NCBI GenBank assembly: GCA_951406725.2
Contig: OX597823.1
Location: forward strand, 94,922,001-94,986,000
Direction: 5' to 3'
DNA from: Octopus vulgaris
Taxonomy: Eukaryota
Length of the DNA: 64,000 nucleotides
Positions 24,141 through 37,757 of this stretch are shown in pieces (position 1 is the first letter of the stretch; every line of letters begins with the position of its first letter). The notes below the pieces were generated by a model. The model saw only the letters and a list, made by a program, of their open reading frames with translations, was not told the DNA's origin and made no database searches. A program made the position numbers and the translations under genes.

Positions 24141-25468
24141 CATACCTTTGCTCTTCATACTGTAAAACATTGGCAAACCTCAGGTACAGCATATTACTGA
24201 GATGAATGGTGAAGTGCTGTGCTAGAGAAAACCCAACCATCTCAGCAAAAATGAGATCTTGTCCAGCATTGCAACTCATCTAATACTCACTCCTCCATCA
24301 ATGGTCAGTGACGCTACTCATATATTCCCCTCTTCAGTCAGACCCCTGTTCCTGCCCTTCTCTCATACTTTCATATCCCTCAAAACAATACCCCACTCAC
24401 TTGTGGGATCTCGTCTTGCAAGTTACTCTCTGGTGCCATGAAGGAAGCACCCAGTACACCCTGTAAAGTGGTTGGTGTTAAGAGTGGCATCAAACTGTAC
24501 AGACCATGCCGAATCAGACATTGGAGCTTGGTGTAGCCTTCTTGCTCGTCAGTTCATAAAAGAAAAAGGACCTTAAAATGTGATGCTGGTGAATTTGTAT
24601 TCATGGTAAAATGTTTCAATTGACACATTCATATTCTTTGACACAATCGTCTTTGCTTAAAATAATTCCCAGTTGATTTTTGGTCCTTGTAAATTCTGGA
24701 AACTGTTGTTAATGCAAAAAAGTAATATTCGGACAAACAGGATATGAAGACAATTCATGATGTGTACACGCACGCACACTGTCACACACACTCACACACA
24801 TACACACGCACTCACACACACACTCATGCACTCACACACACACGTACATACTTAAAAGCCGTATATATTGACCTACAATGAAACGAAGAAATCACATCAT
24901 TTGAATCTGTGTTTTGTAGTGTTTTACTATTCAGAAAGAAATATATTTTGGTAACAAGAAAAGCTGGCACTTCTTTCTTTACAGGTAATTTGGGAGAAGT
25001 CACATGACCCATGGTGTGTGAGGTCACGTGGTATGTGCAGTTCTTGGGCCCACTGGATCCTGTCAAACGACTGAAAACATGTGAGCACAAGGATGATGAT
25101 GATGAATAAAGAGTATTGCCAGAAAAATAAATGCCGTTGGTAGCCAATAATTCCAACGAGAATCGAAGGAATTCTTCATAACTTCACTATTTTGAACACA
25201 ACGTGTACAGCATTTGTAGCGGGTGTGATTTATTGCTCTTTTTTCTGTTTACATTTTAAAATATTCCATTTTAACAACTCGATTTAAAATGCCATTCCAA
25301 CCGTAACAAACTAGGTGATATACACCCAGTGGGGAAGTAGGTCAATGTCATGCATAATAGCTTTTATATAACGGGAAGCTTTATGAAAATAGACAAAAGA
25401 CGAAGGCAGGTGGAAAACAAACAAACAATTGTATTAGTATGGCGCTCAGGAAATATAAATAAAACAAG

Positions 25469-25506
25469 TCTTTAACGTTTCGAGCCTACGCTCTTCAACA
25501 GAAAGA
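25469..25506 (-). ncRNA. Minimal hammerhead-like motif, A6U variant
   Basis: TCTTT CTGTTGA A GAGC GTAG GCTC GAA ACGT T AAAGA. Confidence 0.55.
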
Positions 25507-25990
25507 TACACAGAGAGAAATATATATATATGCATGTGCATATGTGTATATATTTATTTGTTTGTGAATTTATGTGAGTGTGCACAATGCAAACAACATT
25601 ATGATCTTCGATTATGACTTCAAGAAACCACCCACTCACCTGTTCACTTATTAATGTGGTGGTCATACAAAGCAAGCTTGACTACATTTTCACCAGAAAG
25701 CAGAAAAGCTGGTTGCTTAGAAATACAAAACCCTTCCCATGTGAAGAGTTCAAATCTCAACAAAGGTTAGTTAATAGTGACTTCAGAGTTCAGGCTAGAA
25801 AGACGCCAAGAAGCAAACCAGTTTGCAAAAGAAAGATTTGGGAGCTTAAGAGAGAAGTTACAATCCCCTCCGCAAATCATAGAATGTTACACAAGTATAT
25901 ACGACGGTGAATAGGTATACAAAATATAAAATTTAATGATATAATATAATGTATACTAAAAGAAATCACATGAAAATATAATATGAAGAC

Positions 25991-26041
<51 letters not shown>

Positions 26042-26223
26042 CAAAATGTGTATATATATATATATATATATATTATGTGAAATAGAAAGATGAATAATCT
26101 TGTTGCAGATTAATCAAAAGTTTAACCGATACCTTGGTAGCAAAAATCACAGCAGAAGACAGCACGGTTGGAGGTACAACCATATGGTGTTGCAACCGTG
26201 CGTTGGTACGGATAATTGAATTT

Positions 26224-26722
26224 TAATATTATTAGTGAATTGAAGAAATGGAGTTGAACGAAGATTGAACAGAAATCGTTTTATTTCATTCTACACGTGT
26301 TTCGAAAGGCACAATTTACCAAATTCCGATTGAATAATGAGACCATATTGTGTCTTTCTCTTCAGGAAGAAATAGGAAATCCGTTAGAAAAAACAAAAAC
26401 AGAACAGAGGCGGAGCAAAACAAATCGAACGAGGCTCCTAAGAGCCCATGGCCAAACTGTTTATCAGTGTATGTTGAAAACATACACTGATAAACAGTTT
26501 GGCCATGGGCTCTTAGGAGCCTCGTTCGATTTGTTTTGCTCCGCCTCTGTTCTGTTTTTGTTTTTTCTAACGGATTTCCTATTTCTTCCTGAAGAGAAAG
26601 ACACAATATGGTCTCATTATTCAATCGGAATTTGGTAAATTGTGCCTTTCGAAACACGTGTAGAATGAAATAAAACGATTTCTGTTCAATCTTCGTTCAA
26701 CTCCATTTCTTCAATTCACTAA

Positions 26723-26730
<8 letters not shown>
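26224..26730. repeat. Perfect palindrome, 252 bp arms, 3 nt loop (GAA)
   Basis: Mirror ORFs on both strands are identical except at the loop; lies between (TA)n tracts. Confidence 0.95.
26581..26671 (+). ncRNA. Type I hammerhead ribozyme motif (mirror copy 26283-26373 on minus)
   Basis: TTC CTGAAGA GAAAGACACAAT..ATTGTGCCTTTC GAA ACACGTGT A GAA; GUA site. Confidence 0.75.
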
Positions 26731-26802
<72 letters not shown>

Positions 26803-26809
26803 CTTCAAA

Positions 26810-26842
<33 letters not shown>

Positions 26843-26962
26843 AACATTTTCAAAACGTATATATATATATATGTACATTTTGAAAATAGAACCACATGTT
26901 GATCGTTGGCGATTTTTTCCTCCGTTTTCATTTTCTCTTTGACCTTCCTCCGTCTCCTGTTT

Positions 26963-26989
26963 CTGACGAAGAGCTTTGCTCGAAATGTC
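26963..26989 (+). ncRNA. Degenerate minimal hammerhead-like motif
   Basis: CTGACGA A GAGC TTT GCTC GAA ATGT C; stem I does not pair. Confidence 0.35.
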
Positions 26990-27061
26990 TGCTAATACTT
27001 TGCATGTACCACGTTGTCGTGTTGTCGTTTTTTCTTGTTTATTCTTCGTTTTCTTTTTATT

Positions 27062-27140
<79 letters not shown>

Positions 27141-28093
27141 CAGATACATATATATCTTGAATTTCAAAAGGGATTTATAAAATGATAAAATAGACATAAG
27201 ATAAAAACAAAAACAAAGAATAAGACAAATAAGAATAATAAAACAACTGAAAATGAAAAATTAAATAATTATAAGTAAATGAATAATAATCACTCGTGGT
27301 ATTTCTAATAACGCAAAGTAAGAAATAAAGTAAGATGAGGATACCATGGGATGCAGTTTTATAGAATATAATATTACAGGCTAGTATGAATTATTATAAA
27401 GCTTCTATTTTATATAAAAGTAATCTACTTTTTAGGGCCCTTTACCCTTTGAACGGCAGATCGAGAAATTAATTTTTTGAAACTAAATACTTTCAAATTA
27501 CGTATACTGGTAGAATGTCCCATATAAAACATCTTTTACTCTCAGTGTTGTTGAGAAAAGTTTGTATTTTCAAAGTTATTTCGTGTTAAAGTTGTCGTAT
27601 TTCGGTAATTTCAACAAATCAATGAGGTGTATACAGCCGAATAAAATTACTGCTGTTGTTTATCAACAACAACTTCCGGCGGTGTATATTTCGCTTGTCA
27701 CTGTTATTTATGACATCGTTCGTGCGTTTGTACTGGTTTTAGGTTTAGGGTTAGGGTTGGGATTTTAGGGTTAGAGTTACGGAAATAGTGAAAAATGAAG
27801 AAATTGGAGGGGGGATGGGGGCAAACTAGACTTACCGAAAATAGTAGCTGAAAAACAGGAAAATTCATCAACCATTAGTTTCTGTTGTTAAGATCAACAA
27901 AACTATGCAGTCATGGTTGTATGGTAAGAAGCTTGGTTCCCAACCACACAGTTCCTTGTTCAGTCCCACTGCATGGCACCTTGGGCAAGTGTCTTTTATT
28001 ATAGCCTTGGGCCAGCCAAAGACTTGTGAGTGGATTCAGTGGACAGAAACTGAAAGAAGCCTGCCATATATTTATATATATATATATATATAT

Positions 28094-28536
28094 AAAGTAG
28101 TTGTATACTGTCAATTTAATGTGACAGTCCCATGAAGGGAATCACACTACTGCTACTTAGCCCTAGGAAGCAGCAACGCTTCCTGTCGGCTTTGACACAT
28201 TTCCTGTGTCTTTATGTTTACAAAGGGGAGATAAGCACCTCCATCCAGCTAAGCCTGCAGCCAGAGACTAGTTTCTGAGTACTTGCTCATCATCAGTCTG
28301 GAGTAGCGTGGCCTGCTTGTTGGAGATGCCTATCTAGCTCTTGTAAACATAAGAATTCAAGTGAAATAAATTCACTGATTACAAAAATAGAAATAATACA
28401 TTACTCTTTATCTCACAAGGACACAGGAAACGTGTTAAGGCCGACAGGAAGCGTTGCTGCGTCCTAGGGCTGAATAGCAGTTGTATGATTCCATTCATGG
28501 GACTGTTACACTAAGTTGACAGTATGCAACTACTTT
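28094..28536. repeat. Diverged inverted repeat (~120 bp arms) with ~200 bp spacer
   Basis: AAAGTAGTTG..CCTGTGTC pairs with GACACAGG..CAACTACTTT. Confidence 0.85.
28261..28301 (-). ncRNA. Canonical minimal type I hammerhead ribozyme
   Basis: CCAGA CTGATGA TGAG CAAGTA CTCA GAA ACTAGT C TCTGG; GUC site. Confidence 0.8.
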
Positions 28537-28590
28537 GTCGTATTACTACTGCATAAATCTCTCTGAGATATTTAGAAATGTATTATATAA

Positions 28591-28621
<31 letters not shown>

Positions 28622-29420
28622 TTTTCAGTAAAACAATTAAGATTCAAGTGAGTTCCAATGAATTCACATAAATGTGGCACTTAACTTAGATGCACCAGAA
28701 ATCTTTATGGTATTAACCATAGAATAATGTGGAGTGATTATAAACAGGAAAAAAGCAACAAGAATGGATTAGTTGTTCAGTACAATTGTTTCATACGAAG
28801 AACAGATTTATTAAAAGCTGCAAATATTGCAACAAATACAAGTGTCCCGTATTCATCAGCCAAAACACATATGAGTTTTCCAAACATCCTAGGGGGTGAG
28901 GCTACACTCATGAAGTATTGAAGAGAGTTCTATGAAAAGCAAAGTTAGATTGTAAGTAGACTTAAAATGTTCTCTAATGATGCACAGTTTTATAAAAGGT
29001 TTTTAAAAAAGATTGTTAGCTTCACAGAAAAGGTAAATCCATACATAATAATGCAGGTGTAATTTCCGGAGATATGAGGAGAGATTTTATTCTCAGAGAA
29101 AATGAATGTATCCATCTTATATACATATATAAGCTATCTATACATATATAAGATTGCTCGACATTTTAAAACTGATGTAATATTTACAGTGTTTAATAAA
29201 ATGAAGTAGCATGAAACAATTGTACTACTCTACCTTGGTTATCCTTGTTGCTTATATATATATATAATGCATAGGCACAGGAGTGGTTGTGGAGTAAGAA
29301 GCATGCTTCCAAGCCAGTCCCATTGCATAGCATTTTGAGCAAGTGTCTTCCATAATAGCGTCGAGCTGAGAAAAGGCTTGCGAGTGGATTTGGTAGACGG
29401 GAACTGAAAGAAGTCCATCG

Positions 29421-29456
<36 letters not shown>

Positions 29457-29592
29457 GAGTGTACATTTAAACACATAAGAGGTATCCATTACAGGATTCC
29501 TTGCATGCTAGAGAGGTCAGTTAAATTCCAAACCAACTATTTGGGATAAGATTTCGAAATGAATGAAAAATAAAAACATTTACTATTTAACT

Positions 29593-29667
29593 CCTGGACC
29601 AATGGTTTCAGACTTTTTGTATAGCAAATAAAAAAAACATTTGCTAGGCGAAGTCTTCTTCAGCAGG
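29593..29667 (-). ncRNA. Type I hammerhead ribozyme motif
   Basis: CCTG CTGAAGA AGACTT..TAGCAAAT..ATTTGCTA..AAGTCT GAA ACCATTGGT C CAGG; the host module resembles 20305-20520 and 44514-44741. Confidence 0.75.
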
Positions 29668-30629
29668 TACACCTTAGATTAAATATATATACACGAGACA
29701 ACCCAGTATATGCTCCGTGCTTATACATTCTAATTTTTCAAATCTACCGCAGAATACTACATGTCTCTGTTGGTCGAAATACATGAAGATTTGAAACAGA
29801 AACGTGGAAAGCTGAGCTGTAATATCCTGTTCTTGCAGGACAATGCGCCAGATTACACAACACATGCAACTACAGAAAACATGTGACTTTGGTTTCGAAT
29901 AGGTAGTCACAACAATTAGTTACCTATCTATAAAATATGCTTAACATTTTTAGAAAAAATATGCGTATCATATTATGTGAAAAGCAATTACAATTAATGA
30001 GTTATTTAGAATTGAAGTATTTAAATGCTTTACTATATTTGTGAGAACATTTCATTGTAAAATTACCTTTATAATTCAATGACATTTAGAAGTAATTATA
30101 TAATACCTCAAGGCAAAGATCACGTTTAAAATTACCAGTATTGTACTATGGTGCGTAACTAATAAAGGACCCCATTAAATCACACTTAATGTTCCTATCC
30201 TTTGAATACCAAATGTGAGTATGGGACATGGACATTAAAGGATGATGATGATGATAATGATGTTGATGATGATGGGGATGAATAAAGAGTATCGCCAGGA
30301 AAATAAATGCAGTTGGTGGCCAAGAATTCGAACGAGAATCGAAGGAATTCTTCATAACTTCACTATTTTGAACACAACGTGTACAGTATTCGTAGCGGGT
30401 GTGATTTATTGCTCTTTTTTCTTTTTAGATATTAAAATATTCCATTTCAACAATTTAAAAGGAATAACATCAATGCCATTCCAACCGTAACAAACCAGGT
30501 GCAGGAATTGAATGACTTGCATAAGAAATAGCTTATACATATTTGCATGTGCACATATACACATGTGCATATGAATATATTTATTTGTTTGTGCATTTAG
30601 TTGAGTGTGCACAATTTATTATTTGCAAT

Positions 30630-31740
30630 AATGACTTCAAGAAACCAACCAGTCACCTGTTCACTTATTAATCTGGTGCCACACAAAGCAAGGTTGACTA
30701 CATTTTCACCAGAAAGCAGGAAAGCTGGTTGCTTATAAGCACAAAACCCTTCCCAGGTGAAGAGTGTAGACCTCAACATGTGTTAGTTAATAGTGAATTC
30801 AGAGTTCAGGCTAGAAAGACGCCAAGAAGCAAACCAGTTTGGAAAAGAAAGATTTGGAAGCTTAAGGATCCTCTGAATAGTCAGAGATTTAGAGAGATTC
30901 TAAATGAAGCATTTGGAAAGGAGGAGGAGGAGGAGAAGATAGTAATATATGAATAACATAGAGGACAACTGGAGGTTCCTACGAGACAACGCAATGGAGG
31001 CCACCGACCAAATTTGTGGCTGGTGCAAAGTCCTCTCCACACCTAAGGTGACATGGTGGTGTCCATAAAGGTGACACACCTAATGGTTGGTGTAGCAACA
31101 TTATAGTCAATTCTACAAATGTAAAGGTGATACTTTAGACAGAGATAATTACAAAGGTATCAAATCGCTGGAACAGGTGATGAAAATTACAGAGAGGGTC
31201 AAAATTTAAAAAGGGAGAGTCTTGATGGAATGCAGTTTGGTTTTGTGCCAGGAAGATGCACAACTGATGCTATCTTTTTGGTGAAGCTGCTTCAGGAGAA
31301 GTACTTGTTCAAAAACAAACCTCTCTACTTTGCTTTTATTGAAATGGAGAAAGCCTTTGAGGGGCTCCCCTGCTCCCTTATCTGGTGGGCAATGCAGAAG
31401 GCTAGAGATAAATGAGTGGCTGGTGAGAGCTGTAGAAACCACCAGGTAGAGAGATGCTGATTGTAAGGTGAAGGTTGGCAACGAGTATAACAGTGAATTC
31501 AGTGTACAGGTAGGAGTGTACACAAAGGAGCGATTCTCAGCCCCCTTTTTGTTCATCATAGTCCTTCTGGCCATAACAGAAGAATTTCAGATGTGTTGTT
31601 CGTGAAAGCTCCTCTATGCTGATAACTTTGAACTTATTGCTGAATCACTACAAGAACTAGAGAAGAAATTTCAGGTGTGGAAGCAACGTTTGGAATCAAG
31701 GGGCCTTAGAGTTGATTTAGCAACGACTAAAGTCCTAGAA
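30630..31740 (+). mobile_element. Decayed RTE-clade LINE (APE + RT fragments)
   Basis: KPFPGEECRPQHVLV; MQFGFVPGRCTTDAIF..LQEKY..KNKPLYFAFIEMEKAF; LLYAD; many stops. Confidence 0.85.
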
Positions 31741-32798
31741 AACCTTAATAAGAAGCAAAGTCTGATGTTTTGACTTTCGCAAATTTCAACTCAACTGCTG
31801 TTTTGTCTTATTTTTTACTTTTTTGTTTTGTTGTTTTGCTTTTTTTATGCTTTGTTGCCAGGAATGAAATGGTTGCCTTTGTAAAAGACTGAATATCACC
31901 AAAGATAGCATCGATTTGGAAGCAGGCTGGAGCTTTCTTTCTAACACCAAACAGGTTCTAATCTGCCATATGGCATGCTTGCTTGTTTGCTTTTATTTCA
32001 TTTTATTTCATTTTGTAAAATTCTTTGAAATACTTTAAAAACTTTCTTTGAAACAAGTGAAAATAAACCTAAATTCATAAATATCAATTTATATTTAATT
32101 TTTCACCCTGGAATTACAATTACAATTTTCACTTAAGAAGCAACAGTGGATTGTGAATCCTGTTGAGTCTTTTACAGAATCTAGTTCAGTGCTTTATACT
32201 TCCCTGTCTAGGGCCATAGCTTACCTTCTAAGGATGTTATCAAAGTTGCTGGCTGAACTGTCCTATGTAGCCTTTACCTTTTAAAGAGGCCCTGTACAGC
32301 TTTTTTAGCTTTTTAAGGCAGCCCTTATCATTTAAAAAATCTCAGTATCACCCTTTTATCTGTTAAGGTTACACCATACTTCCCTTATCCTTCTCCAACG
32401 AAAGGTCTTCCTTATTCCCTTGCCATCTTTAGGGCTATTCTCTATAAATAAACAGTCAACAGCCACAGCATTACTGGGTTGTAGAGGACTGACACGGGAA
32501 ACTTGCGCTTCTTGTGTTGTATATGTAGAACAAATCAGCTGAACTGAGGCCAACCTTTGCCAAGCTACAACCACGCCTGGAATTGGACTTGGCACGACAA
32601 GTTAATGAAACACTTGTCCATTTCACAGTGCTGTCACTTCTTACTGCCTGTATGTTGTTGTTCTGCTTTCATTTTTACAATTATTACCCCCTGTTCTCAG
32701 GCTTGCATGTATAAAGAGGATTTCATTCAACCAAGAAATACCATTTTATTTGGTTTGAATCTCTTCCAAGTGCATATACATACACAGGTGTGTGCATG

Positions 32799-32841
<43 letters not shown>

Positions 32842-33418
32842 TCATCATCATCGTTTAGCGTCTGCTTTCCATGCTAGCATGGGTTATATATATATATATA
32901 TATATACAAAGGTGTTTATGCACTTATAGGTATACAAGTGTGTGTATATGTACAGTTATGTATATATGCATACATATTTATTTTCCTCAGGTAACTGAAT
33001 CTAGCTTTTCTTCATTATGTATATACTTGTGCAACATTTCCTTCCACTAATTTTCTCTCTCTCTCTCTCTCCCTTCTGGTAGGGTCTCCATTCATTTTCA
33101 AATCTCCATGCTATCTTAAATGGTGTTAAGTTATAAAGGCCTCTGTTATTATCTTTATTATTACTTTTATTATTAGTATCGTTATGCATTTATTTTCTTT
33201 TAAATTTATTTTCATATTTATTTTTAATTCTTATGTTCCAATGTGCAATTAAAGTGTAAAGTTGTGTGGAAAATAGAATCAAAAGACAAAACAAAAAGAT
33301 TTGGGGGAAATGAATAAAAAGAGAGGAAACCATTCTTTGGGGAATTTCCGAATGGTTTGGGAAACTTTCCATCATTAAAACATTAGGGTTTTTCATTATT
33401 CATGTATATATATACATT

Positions 33419-33459
<41 letters not shown>

Positions 33460-34087
33460 TGGTATATGTATATATATGTTTCCCAGCGCTCGCCAGTTAC
33501 CTTCTCGTCCTCGCCAGAACAAAGGCCTTCGTTCGTCTTTTTCGTTTGGTCTCTTGTTTATTTTTGATTTCTCGTATTGTAATTTAATTCTCGTTATGTA
33601 TTTTCTTGTACATGTATCTTTAATTTTGTATTATTTTTTCTTGTATGTATTTTTTTGTACAGTTCTTTGTTACGTCCCTTTTTGTGTTACATTTTTTTCT
33701 TGCTCGTTTTACACTCCTCTACGAGGTTATTTTATTTTAATTCTCTCGTAGGAAGGCCTAGCATGACTATACGTGTTCTGTCTCTGCCTTCGAAACACGT
33801 GTCTGCTAGCAACAGCTGATGAAGGGGATTTTTCCTTGTGCAGCATGTCCTGTACTTCGTTTTTCTGCTGCACATAATTGTTTTTCCAGTTTTCGTTTCG
33901 TCTTGTTCCACGTCTCTGTCCTTCTGTTGTAACAAATGGCTTTTCCGTTTTCGTTTCTGTTGATTTTTATGTCTTCTTGTGGTGTCCTGTATGTATATAT
34001 ATATTTATATATGCATGTATATATACATGTAGATGTCGGTACGCACATATATGTTTGTATGTATGCATATATTTTATTTATTACACT

Positions 34088-34133
<46 letters not shown>

Positions 34134-34976
34134 ATATATACATATATATATACATATACATATATATATATATAGATATATATACGGGTGTGTGTGATTG
34201 TGTATAGAAGAATATGAACCTGAATATTGCAGAATTTAATGCTTGAAAGTACTAGTTCAATCAGAATGAACATTTAACATTCTATTATCTTATTTTATTT
34301 TATTTTATTATATTATATTATCTTATATTATATCATTATAAGATTGTAAATAAAACGTGAAAACCAGACAAGGTTGGAATTCCTTTTATTAATAATTATA
34401 TATATCATCATCATCATTGTTTAACGTCAGCTTTCCATGCTAGCATGGGTTGGACGATTTGACTGAGGACTAGCAAAGCAGATGGCTGCACCAGACTCCA
34501 CTCTGATCTGGCAGAGTTTCTCCAACTGGATGCCCTTCCTAACACCAACCACTCCGAGAGCGTAGTGGGTGCTTTTACGTGCCACAGGCTCGAGGGCCAG
34601 TCAGGCAGTACTGGCAACGGCCACGCTCATATGGTGATTTTTATGTACCATATATTATCTTTATAAGGAAACCATTTTGATTAAATTCATTCACAAAAAA
34701 AACAGATAAATAAAATTGAATGATTCTAACTAATTTGATTTTTATTATTGTATTTTTTGTTTGGTTGTTTTATTTTGATTGTTTACAAAAAATCTCATTT
34801 TGATGTTGCTTGACCCTAGATGCAGGGTGTGTGTTTTCTGTGATTCTACTAATCCAAGGGTGGTTGATAAATGGTGGTGTTAGAGGGTTAGACAAAGGAT
34901 GTGGCAGTGTCTGTGTTGGGTTTTGACATTCTGAGATGAAAAGGATGCCAAGTTGTATCAGGACAACACTGGTGCA

Positions 34977-34978
<2 letters not shown>

Positions 34979-35046
<68 letters not shown>
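34979..35046. repeat. (GA)n microsatellite
   Basis: Read directly. Confidence 0.95.
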
Positions 35047-35050
<4 letters not shown>

Positions 35051-37720
35051 CTAGAATGCAGAGCTGACTGCTAGTCTTACACCCTGCCCCCTCATCCTTG
35101 CCCATCCTGTACATTCAGGTACAGATGCACTGACCACTAAGCCATGCACCTTCAACAGGTAAATTAGAATAGCAGACATGAGACAGAGACTCCATTGTAG
35201 TCATTAGTAAAGTGAAGGTAACTGTTAATGTTGTGGGTCAACAGAATGAAAAGGTGAGGAGTCATTTTTAAGTAAGAGTGGCAAGAAGTGCCACAACAAG
35301 GTGAACATGTTGGTGGAACCCAGTTAAAAATTGCAGGGAGTCTATTGTAGGAGTGAGAAATGGGGGAGAGAGAAAAAAAAATGAATAATGAACATTTGAC
35401 AACCCCCACCCCAAATTGCTGGCCAAAATTTGAAATCCTTATTAGTAAAAGTTCCAGGTAACGAGATGCAAGAATTAGACAAAATGTTTAACTGCATCTC
35501 TTCTGGCTCTTGATGTTCTGAGTTCAAATATTGCCGAGGGCAAGTTTGGCTTTCATGCTTTTGAGGCTGATAAAATGCTGTACCAATCAAATACTGGGGT
35601 CGATGTAACTGACTAATCTCGTCCCCCCTTCCCCCTAAAATTGCTATCCATATGATTCTTAGGGGTGCCTGAAAGATTTGCCATTCAAATCTCTGTGTAA
35701 TAAAATATCTCATACTTTCATTATAAAAATATAATAAGATTTTTTAAGCATCAAATGGCTCGGAGATTCCTTCAGAGTAAAACAAGAAATCAAAAAAGTC
35801 CAAGGGTAGAGAAAAGTTGAGGAACTCTGGTTTAGGCTTATGCTCAACACACAAATCACCAAAATTGCTAGTCTTCCAATTTTATTGGTCAAAACTACAA
35901 TACACATAAGTGGGGGGAAATGGTGAGAATTAAGCAGTGGAAAATGGGGATTGGAAGGAAGCAAAGGGTTGTACACCTCAGACCAAATGGCATGTTCAAC
36001 GGTGCCCTGTGGAATTGATTGTAAAGGCATTGCTGTGGAGAATGGCCAGCAACACTTGCTTCAGCAGCCAATCCACCTAGCAGGGCTCATTTTTCAGGTG
36101 GACCACAATTATTCTGATTTTGTGGCATAAATCATCCGTGCAGGCTCTGAGAACACCTGAGGTCTCTACTGCTACTAGTACAAACTGATAGTGGCCGGTC
36201 AGGCTCCTGTATCTTCCTTTTCCTCTGCATTATGGGTAATTCGTCCTTGTGAGATGGTGAATGATAACATAATTTGATGGAGGAGGTTGTTTTGTAGTGT
36301 CTGAATGGAAAGGCGGGCATACTTTACAGATAATTCACACACACAAATGAAAAGATGCTGAAGATTACACTGAAATACGAGAACAGATGTTTTATTCCAT
36401 TAGAAATATTAAATTGACCACACCAGATCAAAACAAAACAAGAGATTGGAAACAACAACAACAGTAATTACAAGAAATTCCATGGCATCATAATGTTTGG
36501 CGTTGTTTATATTTACGAAGAAATGGTCGTGAGAAGAATTTCTGAAACATTTCAAATAACAAACAATGCAAGCAAAGAATGATGTGTATGTCTATTTATA
36601 ATGTGTGTGTGTGTATGCGTGCGTGAGAGAGAGAGAGAGAGGGAGGGAGAGGAAGAAAGAGATGTGGTGAGTTATGTATTTGTGAGAGTCTGAAAAAAAT
36701 CATCTCGTGTGGATTCATCAGACAACAATTCCTGTTTGTTGAAATAGAAAAAAAGGTCTTTATAGAGATTTTACTCAGCTTTTTGAGGCAAACGAAAGTT
36801 CCAGTTGTGATTGGCTGAACATAACAAACAAAAGACAGTCATGTGATGTTTCATCCGAGCTGCCTGCTAGGCTTGCAGAAACACAGTAGTCTAACCATTG
36901 GAATTCAGTATTTCTTATATTGTGAGACAAGTGGCCGGATGGAAGATTGTGCACAGATACTGACAAGAGGGACATCAAATTATCTGGTAAAATAGGGGTC
37001 ATTGATTGAATGAAATCCAAGCTTAAGGGGATTTGTCAAACAAATGCATGTAAACATACACAAGATATTATGTAGTAACTTGAGGGAGATTCAGCTACTA
37101 TTTCTAACTGATATGTGGAATGGTGTGTGCACGTCAGTGTTTTTACATGTTAGTTAAGCCAAGAACTTGCATGAAGTGAGGTAGCCAATTGCACATACCA
37201 TCCACATCTAGTGAGAAAATATTAGCACTGACAGAAGGGTGATTGATGTGGATCTGAGATGTTCAGGTTTCAAGTCATTATTGAAATAAGCCTCTTTCAA
37301 TTGATGCTCATGGATTCTGCTCATCTATTTACACGAAGAATAAAATTCTTAGGGGTCTGATGAAGTACTTTGAAGGGACAAAAGTTGAGTGAGAAGGTGC
37401 TTGAATTGGACCCTTAATTCAACCCTTACGGACAAACACAGGTGGCCGGTCACTGGCAAATGTTGGGTGGCCGGTCACTGGCAAATGTATGGGAATCATC
37501 TAGACACTGTTTGGATGGTCATCAGGATTTGACATGGTTTAACGTAAGGGGTGAAATGTTGCCATGTGGACATGCTTTTCTCTTTCCACTGTCCAGTCTA
37601 CCCTCTATGTTCTTGTGGTAGCCATTGTGAAATGGGAAAGGTGGACTTGGTCAGAGCTTGACTGTTGCTCTTCTTCTATACTGTATCACTTGTTGTGTGC
37701 ATCAAAACGTAGTTCTTGCA

Positions 37721-37757
<37 letters not shown>

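Noticed and set aside
26297-26657. Identical bidirectional ORFs as a gene pair
   Set aside because: A consequence of the palindrome; no recognisable domain
35700-37020. Possible coding remnants
   Set aside because: Frames are short and interrupted, and no motif was recognised with confidence
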